A stretch of DNA of 64,000 nt from the human T2T-CHM13v2.0 reference genome, Homo sapiens, in NCBI RefSeq assembly GCF_009914755.1, contig NC_060942.1, one strand, 5' to 3'. Below, in pieces: positions 46,290-58,100 of this stretch. The stretch's first letter is position 1, and every line of letters begins with the position of its first letter. A program made the translations under genes and the position numbers. The notes beneath the pieces are model-generated. The model worked only from the letters and a program-made list of their open reading frames with translations. It had not been told where the DNA came from and searched no databases.

Positions 46290-47464
46290 GATGCATAGTT
46301 ACACACAAAGCACACCTATGCACAATATAAAGAGAACAATACTTTTATTATGATATTTGAGAAATACTGTAGAGTCCTCAAATAGATCCTAGAAATTCAA
46401 GATTAAAAATATTTGTGAGAATTGGGTAATCAAGGTTGGTCAACAAAGAGACATGGAAGAGGAAAGGCATGTGTCGAACCTTGAAATGTGAAAGTGTTTG
46501 AGCATTCATTTGAAGTTCAAATTTAGCATTCCTTTGACAGTTGTCTGTATACCATGAGTTAAAAATAGAAAAGTGGAATGACTATTCCAAGTGGGAGGCT
46601 GGTTTGAGTAGATTCATTTAGGAGGAAATCTACACAAATATGGGAAGAGTACTGGTTTTGATAATGAACATCACCTAACACTTTATAAGAAGAAGAATTT
46701 TCTACTGGTGAATGTAAAAGGTGAGAAACTATAGGAGGCAGGGCATTTTAAGGCGGAATAACACACATAGAAAACCTTGGTTATCCAAGATAGGTATGAG
46801 GGACCCTCAATATCTGAAATACCAATCACAGTGTCCGAGCCCTCCAGGGAATCTGAGCAAGTAATAAGCTGCAAAATTCATGACTAATGTTGCTCTCCCT
46901 GAGAAATCAAACGTAAGCACTGTCAAAAGTGTTTAATTCTATTCCTGAAGACCTTGAGGACCATTGGCCTAGTGTAGTGTGTCAAAGCTTATGAAAGACT
47001 CTTTCCCTTTTATTTTCTGTATAAAGCGAGCAGAGTTAACTATGGCTGATTAGCAAGGATTGTAGGTACCAGTCTTGCAGGTAGCCAGAGTTATAAGATG
47101 GGAAATGATTTTGGAGTCTGTAGATATTCAATCTAAATGACTGTGTTCAATGCGGGTGGCTGGTAACACAAACTCTACAAGAAGTTTAAGATAAACTAAA
47201 ATGTAAGAAGAATCCAGAAGTTGTGAACATTGTGGTCAAACCTCTGCAAAGGTGACTTACTTATTTTTAGCAAGTTATTTTAAAGAAATATATAATAATT
47301 TAAATGTGATAATGTCCATAACATAAAATAAGGAATTTCTATTTTTTTTGACAGTTGCTCTATGTGAACATTCCATATTTATGTAAAGTCAAAGTAACTA
47401 CTTGGCTATAGTGTTTTATAGGCCATTGTATTTTATATATTATCAGAAGAATTTTTATTATAAA

Positions 47465-47597
47465 TCTTTCTCTCTGTCCTTTCTTCCTTGTTTCTTCCCT
47501 TCCTGTCTACTTCTTTTCTTTTCTTTTTCTTTACTTCCTTCCTAATTTGCTTTCTTTCTTCCTTCCTCTCTTCCTTTTTTCTTTCTCATTTTTTCCA
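47465..47597. repeat. Polypyrimidine (CT/CTT/TTTC) low-complexity tract
   Basis: About 130 bp almost entirely C/T. Confidence 0.8.
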
Positions 47598-48028
47598 ATG
47601 CTGAAATGTCCATATAAAATATTTGATATACATATAGACATATATCAAATGCTTGACATAGTTCATGTTTTCACTCTTATTTTAAAAACAACCATCTGAA
47701 AAGTAGGCCAATATTCATGGTAGGAATTTAAAAGTTTCTTTTAGAATTATAATAAAACCATAGTTCCTTTATAATCCAGAACATTTTGTCCTCATTTCTG
47801 TGGCAACCTCAGGCATTCTTCCTACATTTCCAGCTGTCCAGAGTTTCTTCCTGAGATTTTCTTGTGGTGTTTCTTCTTATAATAACATAACAAAACAAAT
47901 ACAAAAATGGACAAACAAAACCACCTTATCATCAGTCTTGAAGCTCTGAGTTTTGGTCTCTTTATTGAGCTTACTGGAAAGATGTCTTTATTACAGTCAA
48001 CAGCCTCAATTATCTCATCTGGAAAGAC

Positions 48029-48597
48029 AGCAATTAGTTTTCTATGCTATGCAAAGAACTACCACAAACTTAGCTGCTTAATATAATGCACACTTATTAT
48101 TTCACAGTCTCTGTGGATCAGAAGTCTGGGTCTTCTGCTTAGGTTTCACAAAGTTGCAATAAAGGTATGTTTCAGCTAGGCTGCATTCTCATCTGGATGC
48201 TCAACTGGGGAAAATATACTCCCAAGCTCATTTAATTGTTGGCAATTCCCTGTGACTGTATGACTGAGAGCCTCAGGTTCTTGCTGCTTGTTACTTGGAG
48301 GTCATTCTTTACTCCTTAGCTCCCTGCTATGTGGTCTTCTCCATAGGCAGTTCATAACATAGAAGCAAGCTGCTATGTTATGAACTGCCTATGGACTTGC
48401 AAGTCCACTAGCAAGACTTAATATATAACATAACATAATCATGGTGTGACATCCCATAACCCTTGCCATATTCTACTGGTTAGAAGAAAGTCACAGATTG
48501 CATCCACACTCAAAAGGAGAAGATTATACTAGAGCATGAACATCAGGAGTTGGGGGGGATGGGTGTCATAGAGCTACTTTAGAGTTGTCTGCCGAAG
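48029..48597 (-). mobile_element. MaLR solo LTR, MLT1F-like
   Basis: 'taccacaaacttagctgctt', 'cttattatttcacagt', 'ccttgccatattctactggttagaagaaagtcacag'; colinear with the LTR at 4031-4635. Confidence 0.8.
48340..48395. repeat. Perfect 23-bp inverted repeat (hairpin) with 10-nt spacer
   Basis: TCCATAGGCAGTTCATAACATAG (48340-48362) and its exact reverse complement CTATGTTATGAACTGCCTATGGA (48373-48395). Confidence 0.95.
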
Positions 48598-49865
48598 ATA
48601 GGGTATGGTTTAACATTCAAAGAGTCTTCAATCTTGGAAAACAGCAATCAACATGGTTTCATCCATCACAGCCCAGCTGATCATCCCATCTATTTCACAA
48701 AGATCCTCAGAGGTAAGAAATATAGTGCTATAAAATAAAGATGATATTGGAGGGCAACCTGTTAGGTGACTGGTGACTGGTGAGTGATGAAGTTGCTGTT
48801 CGTTTCACTATTATTTGTGGTATGAAGTCCTGATTTCTAATCTTAGCCATGATTCAGGGCCTATTAATGATGACAGGCCTAATTCCTCTTTAACTTCTTC
48901 CTCAACTTTCAAAATATAGATGATGATATACATCAATCTTAGAAGGGCTTAGCATGTAAAGAATTCAACCCAATCTTGTATAGAAACACTTTTGAGTAAG
49001 AATTCAGCAGAAAGCATCATAAATTGTTAAAGAGCTGGCATAAAACAGTGCTGGGGAGGAGATAGAGTTTTAATTTAATATAGAGAAGTGAAGGCTAAGG
49101 AGTGATTTAATTGCAATCTACAAATATAGGAGAAATCTTTATAAGAAACAAACTATTTTGCATATCCAATGAAACTCAAATTAGATTAAATTAAGGACAT
49201 AGGGAATATTGTTTGGCTATCATATTTTTTAAAAGGCTTTGAAAAGATTCTACAATCTTCTCTAGGTGAGCTATAAAGTTGAAATTGGCATGTGTTTTAG
49301 GATGAATTGGAAATGCCCTTGACATATTTTTTTCTTTTCTTGGATTCTATTTATTTAATATATATAACCTGAAAATGTAGGATTACTTATGAAACAAAAA
49401 AATAGCAATTTTTAGTTTTGCTTCCAGAAAAAAATTAGATATTCTCTTCTGAATTTTGATAATATAAGCCAGTTAGTTTGAAGAGTAGACTCACAGTAGT
49501 CAGAAAAGGTAGCTGACCAGGGAAGGGTATAAAGGTCTGAAATTTATGTTTACATCACTGGAACACTAATAGCTACGACTATCTTTATATATAAGATAAT
49601 AAATAATCATTTTATTAAAAGGCTTATGTTGAGCAACAAACTCATGAAAAAAAGGAATGGAGGGAGGAAATTAATAAAGAAGAAACAGAGGAAAAAGAAG
49701 AGAGAAAACAACCAATCTGGTTATTTTACCAGACTGATTGGTTGGTAAGAGGTAAGAATACTCAGAAAGTGATGAACATCATGAATTCTTACTGGGAAGG
49801 TCACATAGTCCAATCTCAAGAGCAAATGCCTGATCCACTTCAATATCCTTGACTCATCATAGCAC

Positions 49866-50018
49866 AGATTCTTCTGGAATTATTCCTTTGACTTCAGCTC
49901 CTTAGTTCATTTGTTTAGATTCTTCTGGAATCATTCCTTTGACTTCAGCTCTTTAGTTCATTTGTTTAGATTCTTCTGGAATCATTCCTTTGACTTCAGC
50001 TCTTTAGTTCATTTGTTT
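49866..50018. repeat. Tandem repeat, 3 x 51 bp
   Basis: Unit AGATTCTTCTGGAAT(T/C)ATTCCTTTGACTTCAGCTC(C/T)TTAGTTCATTTGTTT starting at 49866, 49917 and 49968. Confidence 0.97.
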
Positions 50019-51371
50019 CATTGCTGAGTGCTGAGAAAGTTCTTTCTTATCTTGCCCTTCATTCTTTTCCATAGGACTATTGTTTGTTCTCTGTAACAGT
50101 GCATAATGACTTTACTTTTTACTTTAACATAGACAACCGTGTACATATGTGAAGATGGCCACTAGGTTTTTACCTTAACATCCTTATTTTTCAGTCACCA
50201 TCCAGATTTTCATCAGCTATTTAATTATTAAAGAGCCTTAAGTTCTTCCAGAAGCTTCTCCTTACCTCTAACAGTAATATACTAGAGAAGAGACAAGATC
50301 TTAACAGGCAAATATCCTTAGCTAGATATGGATGGAGTGTTGACTTGCCTACGAATTTAACTTCAAAACCAGTTGCTTAATCAGTTCGTCACAAAGACAC
50401 AGACTGGCTCATAAAACAACAGATGAGTGAGCACACAATAAAATCTAAGCTGCAAAGGCCATTAAACACTAAAGATATATTGTAGAGTGGAACTTGCTTA
50501 GGTAAGAACTTCCTGCCCAGTGCCACGCCACAATGATTAATGTGCACATATGTGAACTTTATGAAAAAGATAACGAATTGATTGTGTTCTTAAATGATGC
50601 CATTTTAGACCTGTTTGGCTTCCTCTCCTCCCTCGGGAATCAGCTGACCACACTCTGTTAGTTTAAACAAATGAACGTTTAATGTTGGCCATTCTGCCGA
50701 CCAAGTTGGGGAAAATGGAATCATTTATCAAAGAAAAACAAAGAAAAATAATGAAGTGGCCTTTTATGCTAGGAAGAAGGTGAAGACCAGTAGTTAGCAA
50801 AAAAAGGAGGTTGCCACATTTTCTGATTAAAGATGCAACAGAGGCAGGGCCTTAGGCATGCTTTTATGCTCTGACTTCTGCTCAATATGGGATCAGAGAG
50901 TTGATTCTAATCACACCATGAGCTTTTTCTCTCGTTTCTCAATGACAACCTTCTTTGTCAGCTTTAATTTTAATACTAGCCCTTGTAAACACACATGTTT
51001 CTTCTTTGTGGTCTTCCAGTGGGTTGTGAATGATGATAAAATAATTAGGGAATCTATCAGTAGAAAATGCAATCTAAGGGCTATTTGTGACAATAGACTA
51101 AAGGCTACCTTAGTTATATATCTAACATCTAAAACCAATCAATATGCTGATATCTATTCTACTTAGTACTCTTCTAATAACTGAGGGGAATACAAGGGAT
51201 ATACAAGTGAAAACCTCTGTTCTCAGGAGCTTCTAAATGTTTGAAAAATATGTGCCTTCAAATATATTTATATATATATGAGGATAATAATTTACACACA
51301 ACCATGTATATCTAATGTATGTGATTATATCATCCCATATATTACTTATATATGTAGTTATACACATATAA

Positions 51372-51413
51372 ATGTGTGTGTGTGTGTATATATATATACA
51401 CACACACACACAT
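51372..51413. repeat. Palindromic compound microsatellite A(TG)7(TA)6(CA)7T
   Basis: 42-bp perfect palindrome of alternating purine/pyrimidine. Confidence 0.9.
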
Positions 51414-51646
51414 ATATATATACACATATATGTAATGACTTCCAAATGTTATGATAATGAGTTCTATGGATTTAAAAAAATCCATTTAAAACGTTACTGT
51501 TGGACAAAGTGTTTTGAAAAGTGGTCAAAGAGGCTGAGAAAGATTAATTAGTTCTCTTTTTTTCTTTTCTTAAAAAGCACTGTTTTTCCTGTGAGATTTT
51601 ATTATTTATGTTCATGTTATTTTAAAGCCAGTTTGAACTGAATATG

Positions 51647-52153
51647 CAGTGGAACCTTGAATAACATGGGTTTGAACTGTGTGAATCCACTTACATGTGG
51701 ATTTTTTTCAATAAAAGATACACCTAGTGTGTCTGCCTCTCCTGTGTCCCCTGCCACCTCCTTCACCTCTTCTGCCTCTGCTACCCTTGAGACAACAAGC
51801 CCAACCCCTCCTCTTCTTCCTCTTCCTCAGCCTACTCAGCATGGAGACAATGGGAATGAAGACCTTTATGATGATTCATTTTCGCTTTACAAATAGTGAA
51901 TTTATTTTCTCTTCCATATAATTCTGCTAATAACATTTCTTTTCTGTATTTTCTTTATTGTAAGAATACAGTGTACAATACATATAACATTGAAAATATG
52001 TGTTAATTGGCTGTTTTATGTTATCGGTGAAGCTTTCAGTCAACAATAGCCTATTAGTTGTTAAGCTCTGGGGGAGTCCAAAGTTATATGTGAATTTTCA
52101 ACTGAATGAAAGATTGGTGCCTGTAAACTCCTGAGTTGTTCAAGGGTCAACTG
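51647..52153 (+). mobile_element. Tigger2a-like non-autonomous TcMar-Tigger DNA transposon
   Basis: TIRs CAGTGGAACCTTGAATAAC / GTTGTTCAAGGGTCAACTG; internal 'cctcagcctactcagcatggagacaatgggaatgaagacctttatgatg'. Confidence 0.85.
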
Positions 52154-55100
52154 TTCACTTATATATGCTTATGTTACACATACACATGCACAAAATTGAT
52201 GAATAATTACAAATACTTTCAGTATAAAGATCTATTTAGAAGTATGTATTCTGATCCAGTCATTTCACTCACACTCTGAGGAGGACAGGGAGAATCAGGT
52301 AAATTGATGGGGAAGGGAATTTTGATGGATGAAAGCAACTTAAAGGCCTTTTCTCACAGGAAGTGCTGTCATATGACAGCTGACTGAAAATGGCAGGTTT
52401 AGAAATTCTCTTAAAATATTTTTTGATGTTTAACATGTAATGAGCGCTTACGTGCCATTCACACATTTACTGGGAATAGGCAGAGTGAATGCCAACCTCT
52501 AAAGCCAGATTTAGGTATGCCAGCTGTTAAACTCATCTATGGTTTTGCCCTACTGAGCTGGCCATAGGAGAGAAGGAACTAAGTTCTGCATTAAGCTGAG
52601 AGAAGGTGTTTTTGGAATTCACCTTGTATAGAAGGAGCAGAGAAAGTTTTGAGTGTTTGTTCAGAGGGAAACTGTTCAGTAGAGGAGTAGGGAAAAAACG
52701 TTAACCTTAACTAGATCAGTAAAGTCAAGAGAAGCTAAAGCTTGGAGAGAATGACAGACAAAACAAAGATAGAAAACTAGCAAAACTACTTTAAGAATGG
52801 AAGTATCCACATACATAAAATAAATTCCACTACGAATTTATCAGTCACCTCAGAATTTTCTTCCTTGTTTCCTTTATGAGTAACAAACCAGTTCTTACTG
52901 GGGTGTGGCATATTTTTAGAGAAATGAAAGAAAGCCAACTGGTTTTTAATGGATCTATATCTGATTCTTCACAGAAAAAAGTTAATATGTGCTTATTTAT
53001 CTTTTGACATAGTAGTCATCTCATGTCAATTGAGTGTAAAGATATAATACAAGAGAAGAATAATATATTAAAAGATATTTAGTACCACTATACACTAAGA
53101 AAATTTTGGGAACATCTTTATATGCAACAAAAAGGAAAATATCTAAGAAAATTTGAGTAAAGTCCCACAATGGAACTCTCAAGATTGATACATCAGAATC
53201 CTATGTACAATATGAAAAATATTTTAACCTATTATAAGAAATGGTTACAATATCCGCTTCTTCTTTTTTCTTACACCATTTCTCAAATGAATAATACAAC
53301 AGTTAATATATCATGCTTATTATAGATGAAAATTTTCTTCCCATTTTTAAAATTTGAAATTTCTTGTTAACAGCGATAGTGTCTTATTCATTTTTCTATC
53401 CCTGTCACAGGGCCCACTCTTTGTCTAATAAACTGAACTGAATTGAAGTATTAAGACTTCAAGAAACGAAAAGTGTTATGTTAGGGCAGTGGGAATTTTT
53501 TTTTTTTTTTACTTCCAAATTTATTTTCTTTTTATTATTTTCTGTGAAAACCTACATGGTTACATTTTTTGTTGTTGTTGGTATCTTTAGTTGTACCCAC
53601 ATCCATAGTCAGAGATACAATCAACCCTTAATTGGACATTGTTCACAGATCAATGTCCTTTTGTCTCTTCGGTAGAATCATTTGACTAACATTTTTTAAC
53701 AGCTACACTCCTGAGGAAGAGTGTGGGAAAAGGAAGGATAATAAGAACCAAAAAATTGGAGAGGTTTCCTGCTGGGCATGCAGAGAATTTAAGACAGACA
53801 AAACTACTTAGATTGCTAATTTGAGGTCTTTGAGAAACACTTTCAGATCCAACAGTTTTTCCAGGCTTCCCCAGAATTTATCAAGCTTATCTCCAGTCCT
53901 GCCACTCACCCCAGATCTATAGTATCTGTCTGGCCCATAATGTCTGCTCCAGCCTTCCAGTGGCCACTTGACTACTTTTTCCAGGTTCCAGGATTGCTAA
54001 GACTGTTTCTACATCCTCAGTTTTCTTTGGTTCCTCAAAGGACTTGAAAGAAAATTCAGAATTCTATCATTTTGCTCTTACATCCTAATCCCCATACTTA
54101 CTTCTCTCTCCTCCAAGATGAGAAAATGGCTGTTCCCACACAAGTTCTTGAGGAAATGCCTACCACACTGCATTGTCATATTGAATAATCATTTAATCAC
54201 TAACTAAATCTGAGACACCCAGATCAGAGGATTCAAAAACTCTGGGAGACTTTAAAAACCTTTCCAAATTAAGCATTTATTGTTACTTCATTGCTCCCTT
54301 GCTACTTAATTTTCCTGAATCTAATTTTAGGAGAAATTTGCTCCTGTAGCCTTGCACACTTCATCTCAATCAATACGTTACTCTCCCTAGAGGTCCCAAA
54401 TTATTCTTTTCAAATGTCTTTTTTATCTACCCTTGGAAACAACACAAGCAAATGGAGTTTGACTTCCAGCTGTCAAATCAAGTGTTGAGGCAAACCCTGT
54501 GAGCGTGAATCACACGATCTTGCCTTGTTCAATCTGGGTAATGTGGCACAGTCCCAAGAATTCTCCCCTACTACCAAGAGAGAGAAAGAAGGAAAAAGCA
54601 AACGGTACACTTTTTAAAAGTTGGAAAAATATACTTGTTTATACATTATACATTATTCATTCACATACAAACTGGTAGCTAAATAATGAATCCTCATTTA
54701 TGTTCCTTGGACTTCTTTGATATGTTAGGGTGAAGGTTTGAAATGGAATATTTTAAGTGGACCACCCTGTGATTGCAGTTAAGAATTTAACTCAGGCCTC
54801 TTTATAATTTCATTCCTGATAATCCATACCTTGGAAAGTGTATTGACAAGATTTCCCTGTTTGTTTTAGGTACTAAAATTTCCTGGTTGAGACAGGTTAA
54901 TATTCAAAATGTAAGCAATGCCACATTGTTGATGAGGGCATAAAAAGTTCTATTTGTAAGGAATATTATGAAATATTATTTGAAAAAATTTGTATATCAT
55001 TATAAATGTGTCACAGAATTTTAAATTCATTTAAGAAACATTATCAATGAATAGATATAATAAAATTTATCACACTGGGAGGAGTGTTAGTTTATGTTAT

Positions 55101-58100
55101 TTACATGTTGGTTGATACATTGTCTCAGTTAAAAACAAAATTATATTTCCTCTGGGCCTGATTTAAAGACAGTTTACTAAGTTTGCTAAAGCATACACAC
55201 AGACACAGACACAGACACACACACACACTCATACAGATGTTATTGTTTTATAGCTGAACCTTATAGATCCTGTTTCCTTGCCTTGAAGGTCTAATTCTCC
55301 TAATTCCTGTGTATTTTCCAGAGGGTCCTAGGCCATAAAAAGTACAAAAGAAAGAAAGAAACTCCCTGCATTCTGCCCTGATGATTGTTGTGTAGCGGCA
55401 GTGATGATGTTATTGGAAGTTTTAAAAACTAAAATACCCGATCAGGTTCAGAGACATTACCCAGTTATGTTCTGTGTGCTTTTTATGGTTCATTCAATTT
55501 TCATCAAACAAGGGACAGCAATTCGTTATTTTCCATTCTCCACTGTCCCAAATCCTCAGACTCTATCAAAGCACACCTTGAGCTCCACCTCCCACATTGT
55601 GCTCCCCACTGGTGCCAATCTTCCAGCTAACTCCATTTCCCCTTTGTAAACGCTCGATGTGCTGACCTATTTAAAAATATAACTCAGGTGCCTGGCGAAC
55701 CATGATGCCTGCCAGCTCTTCAGATAAAGAGGATCCACTTATTAATCTGCTCTGTCTCCATCTGCCTGCTCAATTGGGATTGACTGCTTGCTGTCCAGAC
55801 TGATACCAGGGAAATCTGATTGAGGACAAGAATCTCTTTGTACATTTCCCCCACTGATATGGCACAACAGGTTTGTTGCAGCCAGGGAGTTAAGCTGATG
55901 TGACATGATGTCAGATGGCCTGCCATTGTACGTCAGAAATTAAAAAGAAAATATTCTTTCAAACTGGAATTCCTCATGTGATTTTTATTTCCTTGGGCTT
56001 TGAGCAGATTGAGTATTGAATTGCTTGACTGGAGCCCATGGATAATTTAATACCTGCAACATTCGTCCCCGGGTGAATTTCAGCCACATTTGACTTGTTC
56101 AGCATGGCGTCTCAGTCCTAACCATTTCATGGAAATCTTGTAAATATTGATTGATGAAATCCCAAGAAATGCTTTTTTCTAACTCTGATTCTGAAATGTT
56201 CCAGAAGAAAACACCTAATCTCTGCATCCCTCCTCCCTACTCCATATCCAGTTGTATAAGAAGTAAATAAGAATTTTGGATTTTTTTTAATCCTTCTCCA
56301 GTTAAAACAATCAATTCTTACAACTTAAAAAAAATTAAAATAAAGTGATGTGATTTGTTCCACTAAACTAGGCCTGAGTAAGTAAATGAGCAAATAAATA
56401 AACTCAAACCATATAAGTGGAATAAAAATGTTATTATTTCTTATGACACTTTTTTAATACTTCAATTTGAGGTATTGGATACATAATATTAGCTATCCAG
56501 GAGAATATAAACATAGTGTATGTTTATATGGTTCTTATGGACTAAATGATGTGAAAAGTATTCTGATTTTAGTAGGAGCTTGTGCTTCTATTGAAAAGAT
56601 AGATAGAACTAGCCTTGTATCAAATAAATCTAAAATCAAAACTGGATGAACATGAAATTTCCAGAATGTGTTTATTAATGTAAAATTCAGAGAAAAAAGA
56701 TAGACACAAAAATAAGAGTTAAAGATCTTATAGGAATTCATGTTTAGTAACAAGGAATAAAATATTATCAATTTTTTAATATTCAGCTTTTACTCTTTAG
56801 TAAAGGCTAATCATTTGTTAATTTGTGTAAGCGCCAGTGTTTAAAAATTCAGACATGAATGAAATGTGTGGCTGGTTTGTATTGTTTATTGTAAATTAAA
56901 CAGTCTAAAATGTAAATACTATTGGGGAATATAAAATCTCCTTCATTCAGTGCAAATAACACTGAATAAATTAATAAATTGACTAGCCTCTCTTTAATAT
57001 TTACATGTTATAAAAGTGTATTTGTATGTGTGTGAGTGTATCTGTGCATATGTGAACACAAGATATTTGAAGCACTAGAGGGAAAATAACTTGGTTAAAT
57101 AGATGAAGCAAGTACAGAGCAGAAACAAAAGTGGCACAAGTTAAGAATACTTTTCAAGTATCAAGAAATTACCTTAACAAAAAGTAATTATTGGATATTT
57201 TCTCAATATATAAAAGGGAAAAATATTGTCCAGAATTTTTAAGACTAAAATATAAGAAGAAAAACAAATCCATAAAAAGATTAATGAAATAAAACAATTC
57301 AGTTTTAATCTTGCTGTACTGGCTTAGTGTTTGCCTAGCTATTGAGTCTTTCTTACCTTCATTTCCATTTTCCCCAAATCTTAGAGCGGGAAAGATAGTG
57401 CATATTGTTTATACTAGACAGGAGATTGCTTGTGAAATTTGTATTCTTTTCTAGATGAACTGGACTGAAAAGAGGAAACTTGGGAGAAAATTACCCTTTA
57501 TTGATTACCCTAAATCATACCCTCAAAACCTACTACAAGCATGCATCTCCTTGTTTATTCTCTTCTGGGACCTGAATCAAAGGGGAAGCCCCATTAAAAC
57601 TGTACTCAGCTCCACAATGAGAGAAAAGCGAGAAATATAAGGGCAGTTGGAAGAGATCACATTACTGGAACCATAAATGGGATTCTTCAGAAAAGTAAGG
57701 ACTTCCATGACCAAGTAAGACAATTCAGCATGCGATTCAACCGAAGTCTTCATACTACAAACTATGGAAAGGCATGAAAATCTGCAGGATACAAGAATAT
57801 ATTGACTTGCATTTTGTAGGACGTAGTTTAAGTATGATATTCTGCTAACAATAACATCCAAAAGTAAAAAGCTCTGTCTTTTCCATCTCATATGCCACAC
57901 AAAATTATGTACCTTGATTACTCAATAAGCATCAATCAAAGACTGGCATGAAGGACTCAAAGTGGCAAGTTTCTTCTCAAAAGCAGAGACTTATCAATTC
58001 AGGTCAGGCAAATGAAACCTAAGTTTGCAAATAGATCTAGAAGGAAAATTATTTTACAGACTCCTAAGGAATGAAAGCACTATAAACAAGCAAATGTTAT

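Noticed and set aside
49866-50018. Possible CRISPR-like array
   Set aside because: Units are directly adjacent with no unique spacers, there are no cas genes, and the context is primate genomic DNA.
51657-51921. Ser/Pro/Thr-rich 79-aa ORF and 64-aa ORF
   Set aside because: Both lie inside the Tigger2a-like element's low-complexity interior.
57455-57900. Strong acceptor at 57454 with a 61-aa plus ORF and an overlapping 107-aa minus ORF
   Set aside because: No recognisable protein, multiple stops in every extended frame, and no convincing partner exon; cannot be supported from sequence alone.
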